Source: Octopus vulgaris
Lineage: Eukaryota
Reading direction: 5' to 3'
Assembly (NCBI GenBank): GCA_951406725.2
Contig: OX597814.1
Span: 82,274,001-82,338,000, forward strand
Length of the DNA stretch: 64,000 nucleotides
The notes beneath the pieces are model-generated. The model was given only the letters and a program-made list of their open reading frames with translations, was not told where the DNA came from and did no database searches. Position 1 is the stretch's first letter. Every line of letters begins with the position of its first letter. This document shows, in pieces, positions 41,127 through 55,930 of the stretch. The translations under genes were made by a program, and so were the position numbers.

Positions 41127-41419
41127 TCTCTTTCCTTGACACACATTCACACAGACACACCAGCCCTCATCTCGGTTATTCACCCACACACCCACCTACA
41201 ACGTGTCACCTACCATGGTAGTGTCACTGTTTCCAAAAGTTTAATAACAAGGCTTTAAATTATAAGCAATATTTCCATAAATTTCAATTTTCAATTTTTC
41301 TCTCTCCATAGTGGTTATAACCCAAACAATGAAAACATGCGGTGGTATATCTCATTCATATAACTACTCACACATTACCTACTTCCACATTTTAAAGATG
41401 ATGAAGATAAGCATACAAA

Positions 41420-41661
<242 letters not shown>

Positions 41662-42859
41662 CCAGAACATTAATAGAACTTTCGATCATCTTTGGTATTA
41701 TGTCCCATCAGCTAACATGCTTGCTTATGGGACCCACTTGGCTCTCATTCCCCTGATAGAAATTTCGTGTGTTGGTGGGATCCTCTGTGATCTACATTGC
41801 ATTATCTCAAGGTTCTCTGTCATCTATACACTTCTTTATCTTTTACTTGCTTCAGTCATTAGACTCTGGCCATGCTGGGTCCTTGAAGAATTTTTAGTCG
41901 AATGAACCGACCCTAGTACTTCTGTTTTTTCTAAGCCTAGTACTTATTCTCTCGGGTTGTCAAGCGGTGTGTATGTGGAGGGGAACACATCCTCAGAGGC
42001 AAAATACACACACACACGGCGAGCTTCTTTCAGTTTCCGTCTATCAATTCCACTCACGAGGTTTCGGCCAGCCCGAGGCTATAGTTGAAGACACTTTCCC
42101 AAGGTGCCACACAGTGGGACTGAACCCGGAACCATGTGGTTGGGAAGTAAAATTCTTACTCCACAGTGATGCCAGCACCATTCTGTATCTTGACAATCTA
42201 TGCCATGTGATCACTAATGACACAACTCTTATATTTCACTTTTATTTGATCTTTCGCACGCGGTCTGACATGTCAGTGTTTCCGCTGATTCCGGGAACAG
42301 AGAACTAAAAGATATAATGTAAGGGAAATAATCCTCCGATCACATGTGGAAATCCTGTCTTTTCTAAGGATTGCTAACACTCCGATCAAAGCCTTCAAAC
42401 TTGTTTCAAATGCTGAGTCACAGAATCTCCAACGATTTCTCGTGGCAATCTCAAATATATAAAATTGTAAAATCTGAATCACAACAAAGTTTAGGCTTCC
42501 TCTTCAAGGCCAGAAAATAATCCAAACATAATTAGCTCCCGAATCACTACAAAACTCAATTACATTAAAGTAATGCTAATATATATGAAACAACGTTGCT
42601 TCTACATTTTACATTGTCTTCAAAAGAAAGTCATTCAGTTGGTTCGGTGAAAATTCTCTAAAATGCTACACATACTGATTCATATATCTGTCTCTTCTTC
42701 AATTACGGCAATGAATTTGTTTTCTTTGAACTTAGCCAGCTGCATGTCATCCCTATTCAAAAGTACTCGATGCACTCGTTTCTCTTCCCTTCGTAACTCT
42801 TTTATGTCACATCTACAGAAACAACCCGAAACAACACTAAACACGTTTCTCAATCATTC

Positions 42860-43031
42860 TATATATTAAAAAAATTAATAGAAATGGCTTTTCAGATCAT
42901 TTTTCCACTTTAATAATTAGATGTTTATAAATTATTAGGTGTTCACATAAACGCTCAATAATTTATAAACATCTAATTATTAAAGTGGAAAAATGATCAG
43001 AAAAGCCATTTTTATTGTTTTCAAATATATA
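42860..43031. repeat. AT-rich near-perfect palindrome (~75-bp arms, ~20-nt loop)
   Basis: AATGGCTTTTCAGATCATTTTTCCACTTTAATAATTAGATGTTTATAAATTATT / AATAATTTATAAACATCTAATTATTAAAGTGGAAAAATGATCAGAAAAGCCATT. Confidence 0.85.
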
Positions 43032-44683
43032 ATGCTATACCAAGGACTTTCTACTTATTATACTACACACACGCGCGCACGCACGCAAGCACACGCACAC
43101 ACACACTTACACACATTTTGTATGAATATATTTGCATGTGAACTCGAGTTCCCGGTGTACCATAGGTGAAAAAATTAATATTTGTCGGATTAACTATTAT
43201 GGATTAAAAGTTTATTCTCTCTCAGACTTATATTTGCATGTGTTAATTGCCTTTTCATCCTTAACGGTTTTTAATTCAGACACATGGGATAACAATATTG
43301 AGATGGGGTGGGGGTATTAGTGGATACCATCGACTCCAATATTTAATTCGTACTTCGAAAGGTGAAGTTGACCTCGGCAGCAGTTGAATTCGGAATTCAA
43401 AGAACTAGAACAAATACCACAAAGCATTTCTTCCGACGCTTAAGCAATTCTTTCGATCCACTGCTCTGTTTTCATCCTTAACCTTTTGCCTGTCCAAAGA
43501 ATTTTCGTAAGTTCGTCTTAAACCTCTAATGCTTGTTTTCAGGCTTTTTATTTAGGCCTTGTTTCATACATTCTGACTCGTATATATAAAGCATTTCTTT
43601 TATAATTCCAAGTTACTCCGGTGATTTAAAAAAATTGGGAATGTGTATTATATATTATATATAGACACCAGGGGGAATATTTTCGATGTATCACATGAGA
43701 TACACAAGACAGGAAAAGGGTTTAAATAAGTTGAAACTGAAATGTTTTAGACAAGGGAAATAACTAATGCTTTCAAGCCTAACAATATATACTTATACCG
43801 TTTAAATGCAAAAGAAATATATTTATATGCAATTACAGCTACTGCAGCCGTAAATTTCTTAATTTTAATCAGTTTCTATATTTAAAGATATTATTGAATT
43901 TGAATTTTTTAAATTAAAACCTTTAAAAAGTCTACATTTTTGATGTTCAAAACAGTCAAAAATAGAATCCACGTTGAAACGAATATGCTAACTAGTTGTA
44001 GTGCAAGGGAGGTAACTATTTCAAACGATTTCTCTTTATTCTTTTCTTGTTGCTTTTGAGACAATTTTAGGAAAAGGAGAAGTCAATTATAAAGATCCCA
44101 CCAGTGTTCGGCTAATACTTATATCGAACGCAAAAGCATGAAAGCCAAAGTTGATTCCGGTAGAATTTTGAATTCAGAACGTAAAAAGTTGGTAGAAATA
44201 CTAAGCATTTTGTCCAACGAATTTAACGATTTTGTCTTCTTGCCAATAAATGAAATCGTTATTTCGTCAAAGAACTTAATGGATAGCAAATCGATAAGGC
44301 ACTGAGTTATGGTCGTTGAAGTTCAAATCTCGTAAACATTAATTCTACCTTTCATACGTTCACCGATCATGCTATTTTTAACTATTTTATGTTTGTTTTT
44401 CTTCTGCTTTTTATTTTCTTGTTCACATGACCAATATTTTGATAAAGGGATACAACTCTGAATTTCATCAAATTTTTATGCTGTAACAAAAGTGTTCTGA
44501 AACAAAAATGTAATGTGGAAAGAAACAAAAAAATGTATTAATGATTTTACTTGACTTTTATTATATTCATTTATTCAACATTTTTCAAAAATGTTTTTGC
44601 TTTAGTTTCTGTGGGCATATATGTATATGTATGTGTGTGCATGTGTGTACGTATCTCTGAGTGTGTTCAGATTTAACAACTTA

Positions 44684-44726
<43 letters not shown>

Positions 44727-46264
44727 TAGCAGCTAACCCAGTCGGTTTGGATGATGTGGCTGTAAAACCTGCTCTGTGTAAGCATTCGACTTCTTTGGGC
44801 ACGCTTCCGTTAAAAAACAATTTTAGCATGACTTTTTTCTGTCAAAATGCTAAAAATAACTGACCAACAAAAAAAAACAAGATTTCAACTAAATCAAAAA
44901 ATAAACCCAAATACTAAGCGAACAAAGATGAACCATCCCGCTTCCATTGCGCGGGCACACACGCACACACAAACACACACACATACTCACATACCCCACT
45001 TTTACATACATACACACACACATATTCACACAGAGTTGAAACACTGTTTGATGTATTTTTCAGTGTACAATTTTCATCATCCCACTACCAAGTATGACAT
45101 CACCTCTTCCTTCCTTATTCATCTATTACTCCTTCCTTTCTCATTCATAAACACAAGAATATTATTATAGTAGATTATCTCGGTAACCATGAGAGCTATG
45201 AAAAAATACAAAGCCCAGCAACACCACCAGATCATTCTACACATCTATGTAATTTTTCTCACAATTCCACCCAACCGTTTGACCATGAATCCCAAGACAA
45301 GAAAGAATCACTCATGTCAAGTTTATATATGTATGTATATATATATATATAAATATATATATATTCATAAGTAGTTATATATATGTGTATTTATGTATAT
45401 GTGTATACATGTATGTTTGGAACAATAAACAAGAGAGATAGAACTCAATACAAGGGTATATGCACTTATTTATTACGTTTAATTGGTAGAGAGTAACAAA
45501 AGTGATTCAAAGGGCCAACTGTTTCGTGCATGGTTTGATAAGTATCACGCACGGAACTCTTATCCCTTGAGTCACTGTTGAACTTTCAGCCACTGATCAA
45601 ACTAATACTGTGTGTGTGTAAGTGTGCATGTGTGTGTGTGTGTGTGTGTGTGTAAGTGTGCATGTGTGTAAACTACTAAACACATTCAAAATAATGGATT
45701 TGATGAATATTGTTTTCTCACAAGGCCACACCAGTGTACCGCTAGCGCTTATATTATCAACTGTGAAAAGGTAAATGCAAAGGTCAGTCCCATTAGTATG
45801 TGAACCCAGAATATTAACGGACTTAAATAAATGTCCCTACCAGTTATGGTAGCACTATCGTTTCTGCCAATGCAGAACTCTTGTCTTAATAAATATTAAG
45901 ATGTTTAAATACCTGAAATGCTCCATTACAAAGAAAGTGGTATTTACAAGTTTAAAAAAAATAAACAATAAAACATTATGATAAACTATTTCAATTAATT
46001 CCTCTCACCATTCAACATTCTCTAACACAGTACCACAAAGACAGGAACATGTAGTAACATGTGCATGCACACACAAATATATGTGTGAGTCTATATATGT
46101 ACACACACACACACACTCACATATACATATATAAATTTATATACACACACATACACACATGGTAACCAACATGTTCTATAACAGATTGCCCACAAAGCAA
46201 TCATGTTCATTCATATGTAAATACATACATACATACGTACATACATATATACATACATACAAGT

Positions 46265-46800
46265 TGAGGATTGACAAGTCTTACACTCAAGTTGAATTTA
46301 AGGGCTTGTCATCCTAAGCATGTGAAGACTGGATTTCCAACGGACTACGCATAAGAAACCCAACAATCAATCATGAAGTCTTATCAAGCAGAAGAGTCAA
46401 TATCCGACAATGTTGCTTGGTAACTCAATGTGACGCATATATTGGCCTGGTCATCCCACTGCATCATATTCTTGGCATACTTGCCAATCATCTCAGTCCA
46501 TCTTGCTGTTGGGTCCAGGACACCAGGAACAAGAGGGTGAGTATGGTCATCTGACACAGCGTGGCCTCATTATAATAGAACTCAAACTTCTTGACACCAC
46601 AAATGGACGGCAGAGATTTCATTGTGGCAGATATTTCATTGGGCTATCTGCAACAATGAAATGCCACAGCTTCAAAAGTTTCACTAGTTTTGAAGGGGGA
46701 CACAAAAGGTTCAAGGTAGGAACAGTCACATTTTTCTGCTCACCTACCTGTATGAATCCCCTGTTGCCAACGTTCTTTAAAAAGTGCCATTAGTATCGAA
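46265..46800 (-). mobile_element. Highly degenerate LINE (RTE-like) 3' fragment
   Basis: Weak residual GHA..D.HP..W pattern ending in an (ATGT)n tail; many stops. Confidence 0.35.
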
Positions 46801-47044
46801 CAGATGGAGGTTTTGTCATAGGAAGACAAGAAATAAGGAAGCATATATATATATGTTCGAAGGTTATATGGATACAGTTTGTGTATCAAATAGCTAACTT
46901 AAGGCGGTGGCCTCATGGAGCTAATAAGCGGACAGCTTTTTTCTTATTTTTATAAGAATGCCATATTAGTATGGCGATAACTATCATTTTCCGGGAACGC
47001 TGCCGCTGTTCTCTTTTAGAGAGACTTAGTTATTTTAATATTTC

Positions 47045-47126
<82 letters not shown>

Positions 47127-47136
47127 TATGTCTATA

Positions 47137-47202
<66 letters not shown>

Positions 47203-48429
47203 TGTATATATGTATGGATATGTATAAATGTATATACATGTGTGTACATATGTACACACACACGTGTACTTGTTTAAAATACAGATTAAATAGAGTTAGT
47301 CATCAAATGTCTGTATTTTATGATTGTCCATATTTGTAATCTGCAGAATCAGATTTCAAGGAAAGCAAAAAATGTGACATTTATGCCGTCTCCAGAACCA
47401 TTTCCAGTGCAAGTGAAGTGAAACAGTTACAATTGGATCCAGGATTTAGATCATTGTGCAGTAGATTCTGTACACACACACAAACAGACAAACAAACAAA
47501 CAAACAAACACACATGCATGCAATGAGTGTAAAGGTAAGACATCAAGTTAAAAGCCCATGATTTTACCCACTACAGACAAGAGACATTTTGTTGGACTAT
47601 CAGTGACAATGAAATGCCACAGCTTAGAAAGGATACTTTATGTTATTAATCAACAAAGCCTCTACATAGTCACTTGCCCTCTAGAAATAGCAACCAAATC
47701 TTGCTCTATCATCTTGAAAGAAAGAAAATGGAAAGGCCACATTAGATAATGTGGTCTTAGATACTCCTCAAAAGATAAAACAATTATAACTGGAGTGCCT
47801 TTGGTCATAAATTGCCTTGATCAGGAGGATTGACCAGGGTCTAAACAACACCTACATGCCTGGATGTACCTGACCATCAAGAAATAGGCAGGAGATCTGA
47901 GAATGTTGCCTATAATATATTTTGGCAGATATCTAAAGTTAAAACTACTGACTCTAGGATTACAGAGACATTAAACATAGTGAAAGAATATGTGTATCTG
48001 TGTATGTGTGTGTGTGTGTGTGTCTGTGTGTGTGCATGTATGTGCACACACATTCATGCGTGTACATGTCAGTATGAACTTTGCAGTCATTATTTCAAAT
48101 ACATAAAAATCTTTATTCAAATTTTTAAAACAATATCATTCAACAGTTTTAAACAGTGACACTCTTTCTTTGTCTTGTCTGTGTACTAGTTTTATATATA
48201 TATGTTTGTATGTGAATATGTATGTGCTTGTGTGTATGTATATTTGTATGGGTATGTGCATATGTGTGTGTGTATGTGTGTAAGTGATTGCATTTGTAAG
48301 CATAACTGAGTATGCATTTTATATCCTTTAATATAATCAAGTTTAAATTTTTCAAAACTATACGAATCCAATCTAAGCCAGTATTTAATTGCAAGATGTA
48401 TTTAGAATAATTAATTAATTAAATGATAA

Positions 48430-49570
48430 TAATGATTCTTTCTACTATAGGCACAAGCCCTGAAATTTAGAAGGAGGGGAGTGGCAAGTTGATTACATCA
48501 ACCCCAGTGCTCAACTGGTACTTAATTTATCGACCCCAAAAGGATGAAAAGCAAAGTCAACCTCAGCGGAATTTGAGCTCAGAACATGGCAATGGGCAAA
48601 ATACTGCTAAGCATTTCTTTTGGTATGCTAATGATTCTGCCAGCCCACCACTTTAATAATAATAATGATAATAATAATCCTTTCTATTATAGGCACAAGG
48701 CCTGAAATTTTAAGGAAGGGATTAGTTGATTATATCGACCCCAAAATGATGAGAAGTAAAGTTGACTTCAATTTTGGCACAAGGCCAGAAATTTAGGAAG
48801 GAGAAATAGATGATTACATCAACCCCGCTTGACTGGTACTTTACTTTATCGACCCTGGACGAATGAAAGGCAAAGTTGACCTTGGTGGAATTTGAACTCA
48901 GAATATAAAGAGTAGGAGGAAATGCGACTAAGCATTTTGTTCAATGCTCTAATGATTCTGCCAGCTCACCATTGCCTTAGGTAATAATAACTGTTTTTGA
49001 TTTAGTCACAAGGCGAGAAACATTAATGGAAGGGTTAGTTGATTAAATTAACCCCAGTACATAACTGATATTCTGCTTTATTGACTCTGGAAAGAAGAAA
49101 GGCAAAGTTGACAACAGCAGGATGTAAACTCAGAATGTAAAAGATTGTAACTAAATACTCAACTCTACTGACTCTGCTAATCAGCTTCCTTTAATGATAA
49201 TTGTTACTAAGTAAGGCATAAGGCCAGTAATTTCAGTGAGAAGGTACTAGTCAATACCATCAACTCCAATACATGACTGGTATTTATTTTACCAACCCCA
49301 AAAGGCTGAATGGCAAAGTCAACCTCAACAGAATTTCAACTCTGACTGTGAAGACAGGTGAAATCCTGCTAAGCATTTTGTCTGGCATGCTAATGATTCT
49401 GCCAGCTCACTGTCTTTACAATAATAATATTAATAAAATTTTCTTATATTGGCAAAAGGCTACTAATGTGTTGGTGGGAAGTACCATCAATTAAATTGAT
49501 CTCCTGTTCTTATTGCAAACTTATCAACCCTGAGAAGAAGAAAAACATTTGAAATCAGAATGTAAAGTGA
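48430..49570 (-). mobile_element. Head-to-tail array of ~6-7 family-1 SINEs downstream of the GMPR stop codon
   Basis: Repeated GGCACAAGG...GATTACATCAACCCC...GGCAAAGTTGAC...CTCAGAA...GATTCTGCCAGC units separated by (AAT)n. Confidence 0.8.
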
Positions 49571-49739
49571 TGTAACTAAATGTAGTAGTAGTAGTAGTAG
49601 CAGCAGCAGCCACCGCAAATTATTTCCTCCTGTGATTTGGTATTCAAAATAGCTAAAAGTAATAATGTAATAAGAGTTGAAATATAGAAAGAAACATTAT
49701 AAATCTTATGGATCAGTACATTAGAAATATTAAAGAAAT

Positions 49740-49938
49740 TTAAGAGGATTTGTTGAAGGGAGAGAAGACCTCATTCATCTGCTGTGTAACACGAATAAAA
49801 GTTGTTCGTCTGCTGAGTTCTTTAAGTTTTGATGCTCCAACATAGGTGCAAGTTGACCGTATTCCACCTAGAATATCTTGGACAGTGTGTGCTGCATCTC
49901 CCCTGTATTCTATCTCAACAGTCTTGCCTTCTGATGCC
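49740..49938 (-). CDS. GMPR: GMP reductase, last coding exon
   Basis: (R)[65 protein letters not shown]; AG acceptor at 49940-49939, phase 2 matches the upstream exon; TAA at 49742-49740. Confidence 0.95.
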
Positions 49939-51739
49939 CTACAGTACAAAAGAAAAAAAGATATAAAATTATGCATCCAAAAAATTATTTTCTAGGTTGT
50001 TTAACTTCAAAATCACTATATTCTATAGGCACTGGCATGGCTGTGCAGTAAGAAGTTTGCTTTCCAACCACAGAGTTTCAGATTCAGTCCCACTGCACAG
50101 CACCTTGGGCAACTGTTTTTTACTACAAAGCCTTGTGAGTGAATTTGGTAGATGGAAACTGAAAGCTCATCATGTATGTCAGCCTGCCCGCGTGCGTGCA
50201 TCATCCTTGCCTTACATAAGTGTTATAAGTGAAAGTCACCATCATGCAAGCCATGTCCTTCATTTCCAATCTTCTGAGGTATGTTTGGGCATGGGGAAAC
50301 AATACCTAACTTGGAAACATGTGAGGAGTGATGAAAGGAAGGGCATCCAGCTGTACAAAATCCATGTCAACAAATTCCTTGGATATTAAACAATGATGAT
50401 GATATTATGCATCTTGCTTTTACTGACTTCAAAATTACCATACACTATACTTCTTCCTATTATTTTATCAATGCTGTATTTAATTTTAATCTCTTGAGAT
50501 CAATCTAATTTTTCTTTAACAGACTAAATGAATTTTAGTCTGTAAAATTTCATCAATTATTTTCATTTAGGTGCATCGACTCATTTATTTTTGTTGAAAC
50601 TACTTGTCTGTCTATTTTGTTCTAGATAACCAGAATAGAATTGAGACAGTTAGTCTGCTTAAATTGCTACATAATTCACATGGGACAAGGATTTTCACAA
50701 AGGTTGCCTTCGTTAGGTTTGTTAGGGTACATACTGTGGTGATATAATAAAATTTGTTAGTGTAGTAACCTAAAAGGATGCCTTGGTTGAAATACTTACA
50801 ATTTTAGACAGTTAATCTTCACATCTGAAGTATTGACAAATTAGTAAAGACTGTGATGCATACTTAACATTAAATATAAATCTGTGATTAACCCTTTAAC
50901 ATTCAGATTACTCTGTCAAATGTAATGCTTATTTATTTACACTGTTTTGAATTAATCATGCTTTATCTCATAGCTCTGAGATTTCCATGTGATTATTTTT
51001 AGAATGACGTAGGATAAGTGTGAAAGGTCAGAGATGGCTGATTTGAACATAAAACAAGTAGATTAAGGCTATAGTAGAAGACACTTGACCAGAATGCCAT
51101 GCAGTGAGACTGAACCTGGAACCATGTGATTGGAAAGCAAACTTCTTATTTCTTTATTGCCCACAAGGGGCTAAACATAGAGGGGACAAACAAGGACACA
51201 CAAATGGATAAAGTCGATTACATCAACCCCAGTGCGTAACTGGTACTTAACTTATTGACCCCCGAAAGGATGAAAGGCAAAGTAGACCTCGGTGGAATTT
51301 GAACTCAGAACATAATGGCAGACGAAATGCCAATAAGCATTTCGCCCGGTGTGCTAACATTTCTGCCAGCTCGCCGCATTTAGCAAGCTTCTTACCACAC
51401 AGCCATGCCTGCAGGTCGTATATAGACAGTTTAAATGCTAAAAGGTTAAGTTATAAAGGCAGAGGCTTCCAACGTATCAAGTTCAAAAATATTTATAGAA
51501 GTAATAGCAGTTCACAGAGAAAGGAAGTGAGATGAACAAAAGTTACTTTCTTTATGAATTATTAACAACAGTTAATACTATTAATAAACTGTTAAGAAGA
51601 AAAAAAAAAACAAGAATGTTTTCAGAATAACAAACAAAGAAACTAACAGGTGGAGATTTCAGAATGTTACTGATGTAAACAGCCACAGCTGTTGCCCCTC
51701 TCCATTTCATATCATTTGTCTTTCATACTATATATATAT

Positions 51740-51931
51740 ATTGAGAAAAAAAAAGTTGGCAGAATTTTGGGGAAAAAAATCCTTTTATTTCTTCATTATT
51801 ATTAGCACTTTCGTTCCTCTCTAGAACTTGTCTTGTATTTGACAAGTTCTGGAGAGAAACGAAAGCACTAATAATAATGAAGAAATAAAAGGATTTCTTT
51901 TCCAAAATTCTGCCAACTTTTTCCCTCAATA
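51740..51931. repeat. Intronic palindrome (~90-bp arms, 8-nt loop)
   Basis: TTGAG..AAAAGTTGGCAGAATTTTGG...AGAACTTGTC-ttgtattt-GACAAGTTCT...CCAAAATTCTGCCAACTTTT..CTCAA. Confidence 0.85.
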
Positions 51932-52406
51932 CTCAATTCTGTACATCTCACCCAACACTCTATACATATATGTGTGTGTGTATGTGTGTGTATGTGTGTG
52001 TGTGTGTATGTATGTATAACAGTAAAGCAACATATGTTCAAAAGCATATATAACCAGAACAGAGCAATTAAGATTCTATATACTTAGGATTAATATTGAT
52101 TTCAAATTTCAACACAGAGCCAGCAACTTCAGAGGAAGGGGTAAGTCGATTACATTGACCCTAGGACTTATTTTATCAACCCCAAAAGGACGAAAGGTAA
52201 AGTCAACTTCAACGGAATTTGAACTCAGAGTGTAAAGATAGATGAAATACTGTTAAGCATTTTGTCTGGCATGCTTACAATTCTGCCAGTTCATCCCCAC
52301 AGCTATGGTTGATATTAAATTGAAAACATCATTAAGGAAAGTGAAAGAACAAGTTGTTGATAGGAATCAACTGCAGGAAATGTTTAAATGAAAATAAAAA
52401 TATTAC

Positions 52407-52609
52407 CTGTACTCAGCAACATGTCCAGCATGTTTCTGCATGGCTGTCGCTGAACTCATGCCATAAAATAGCTTGAATTTTTTGCCGTTTTTCTCAATCA
52501 TCTCCCCACCAGACTCTGTATGTCCAGCTAACATACCCCCAATCATAACAAAATCTGCTCCAGCTCCAAATGCTTTTGCGACATCACCGGGACATGTACA
52601 GCCTCCATC
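52407..52609 (-). CDS. GMPR: GMP reductase, internal exon (203 nt; absent from the ORF track)
   Basis: [67 protein letters not shown](R); tttcag acceptor, gtaata donor; GMPR-type YGMSS motif. Confidence 0.95.
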
Positions 52610-53126
52610 CTGAAAGTTATAGAAACATAATATATAAGAACAACTCAGTAAATCTATCAGACCATTTCCATAAAATATGATGGCACTATGTTGAGAAAAA
52701 TATTACTCAATTACTAAAGTATGTGTAGTATGCATAAAAATAATTAATACATACCTAGATATACATCCATCCATCCATACATGTGTGAAGGTGTGTATGT
52801 ATGGCTGTATGTATACATATATATTATTTGTTCACTTTTACATCTATTTTCCATGCTAATATGGGTTAGATTAATATATTTTAGGTGTGTGTGTATGTAT
52901 TTTCTACATATCTTTGCAGTGATATTTGTTTATGTCCAGCATAAACAGTATGCCCTGTAACTCAATGATTTGGCATGCAAGGACCAATGGAATAGAATCC
53001 TTTACTTGGAAACAAGTAAGATTTGGCATCAAGAAGTTCATCTAGCCATAGAATATTGCTTCAAAATGTCTCATCCAACAAATCAGCATGGAAAAAAAGT
53101 GTACATAAAAACGATGTTGATGGTGG

Positions 53127-53179
<53 letters not shown>

Positions 53180-54399
53180 CGTGTGCATGCATGTGCACGT
53201 GTGAGCAAAATACCCCTAGAAATGCTATGAGCATCACAACTTCCATACTTCGTATAACTTAAGTCAATAGAATTGATTACTTGCTAACAAATAACCCTTG
53301 TTGAAATCGATACTGGTATATGGGATAAATAAAAGAAGATATCTTACTAAAACACAAGATCATGAATTTGTAGAAGATAAAGTACAGTCTTTTGAATAGA
53401 CCCAGCATATGCTTGGTACTAAGTTTATCAAATGTAGAATGATAAAAAGTAAAATTAACATGGGCAGAATTTGAACTCAAAACATAGAAGTAGAGAATTA
53501 AAGACTGAAATGCATTTAGTCACACATTCTACTCTTCAATCAGTATTTTTCCTTCATTTTGTATTAATCATATTTTTTTAACCTTAATTTTAACCTGGGA
53601 TAAAAATGTAGCTAAGTCAATAGGACTACGAGCAGTAGGTTGCCAGGCACTCATTATGCTTATCACCATGATATGATGTAGATATTGTGGTTGTGAAGTT
53701 ATTGTGAAGATATAGTGGTTGTGAAGAGAAAAGAACATTTCTCTACAGTAAGCAACGGTAGCACTCTGAAAATGGTGGCTCTTTAGAAACTCATCTCCCC
53801 ACCCATTGATAAAAACATGTAGAGAGATAGTCTTTGCCAAAATGTCTTATCTTAAATACAATAAATGAAGACAAAGTTTGCAGTGGATCCCCAATGACTC
53901 AATATGCAATGAAGAATCACCAAAACAATGCTGATCGAATAACTCCAATCAACATTTCTTAAATAGCAAGATGATAGCTAAACAAAGAATTATTTTTTCA
54001 CATTCTACCAACAACCATTCTGCCTTTTGAGTGGGCAATACTCTTCAAAGATTTAGAACTTAAACATCTACTAGTTCTTGTTTTAAAGATAAGGAGTTCA
54101 TTACTGCAGATATGGTTGCTAAATGAACAGGTTGAACAACTTTTAGAGAAGTTCCTTTGTTTATTATCTAAATCAAATGTAGTTGATAATTCTTTATGTG
54201 AAATACTTGGGACAGAAACAATATTGAATCTTTTTGGATGTCACTATGAATTTATATTTGCATCCATAAAATGGGACAACATGAGCATAAGACATCAAGT
54301 CTAAACTCATCATCCATTTACATTTCCTGATATAACACACACATACTATAAAGGAAGTTTATAATTAATTTGGTGCTTGTTCAATTTCATACATGTGGC

Positions 54400-55552
54400 A
54401 GTTTTATTTTGGGATAATTTTTTGGTTTCAAAGTGAAGGACTCTGAAATGTCAGTCTCGACCTCCTCCTGGCTTGCGAAAGTTATGTCCCCTAAATGATT
54501 CTGTAAGCTATGAAACAAATGGTAGTCTGAAGGAGCAAGGTTGGGAGAATAAGGTGGATGAGCAATTTTTTCCCAACCAAGCTCTTCGATCTTCTGTGAT
54601 ATGATTTTTGCAGTGTGGGGTTGCGCATTATCCTGATGAAACATCCCTCCTTTTTGATTCATTAAAGCAGGACTTTTTTTCTTCAAAGCTTGGTTCAAAT
54701 GCTCTAATTGCTGACAGTAGACCTGAGCATTGATTGTTGCTTTAGGTGGTAACAATTCAAAGTGAATTACTCCTTTGCAATCCCACCAGATGGAGAGAAG
54801 AACCTTTTTTTTCCATGAAGTTCCCTTCTCAGTGGTGGTTGAGCTTTTTCCCTTTTACCAAGCCACTATTTACAATGTTTAACATTTCGATAGAAGATCC
54901 ATTTTCTGTCACCAGTCACAAGTCTATCCAAAAAGGGTGAAATGAGTTCGCGAGAATGGAGAGAAGAGCAGATGTTAACTCGGGATTTGTGGTTGCTTTC
55001 GGACAATTCATGAGGCACCCATTTTCCAAGTTTAGGAATCTTTCCAAGTTGCTGAAGATGACAATGAACAGTTGTATGGTTTGAACTAAGCTTTATTGCC
55101 TATTCTTCAACTGATAATGCAGGATTTTCTTCAAGTAATGCCACAAGGAGCTTATCATCAAACTCAACTGGACGTCCTGTTCAATCTTCATCTTCAAGGC
55201 TGAAATCTCCACTTCTGAATTTTGCAAACCATCTTCTGCAAGTTCTTTCATTCAAACATTCTTTCCCATAAACTGAGTGTATGTTTCAAGTCGCTTTAGC
55301 TGCAGAGTTTCCTTTTTTTGTACTCATAAAGCATTATGTGCCTTAAATGCTCTTTGGATACTTCCATGTTAGAAAAGCTTTTAATCAAAGATATTTTATT
55401 TCTATTATTCTGTAAAATAATATTTAATTAGTTTAAATGTACACAAATGCATAAAAATAATTTTTAATTCCATTAGACATTCTAAAATACTATTAAATTT
55501 CATTCAGTTTTAAAAAAAGGTAAAATCAGATAGAACTTATGGGATGACCTGA
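54400..55552 (-). mobile_element. mariner (DD34D) transposon remnant in a GMPR intron
   Basis: FHQDNAQPHTAK, HPPYSPNLAPSDYHLFHSLQNHL; 5' TIR TCAGGTCATCCCATAAGT next to TA at 55553-55554; same family as 38672-39470. Confidence 0.85.
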
Positions 55553-55678
55553 TAGATTCCTTTACACTTGGAATTAAAACTCCATCTTTCCTTCTCCTCC
55601 CAGTGTTGGCGAAATACAGTTATGTTATGTATGTTCTATATTACAATTTTAGTGAATAATGAGTTATGCATAAATTTA

Positions 55679-55885
<207 letters not shown>

Positions 55886-55930
55886 CTATCCAAAAAGAAA
55901 TTAGGTACAACTTATCAGAATATTATTTAT

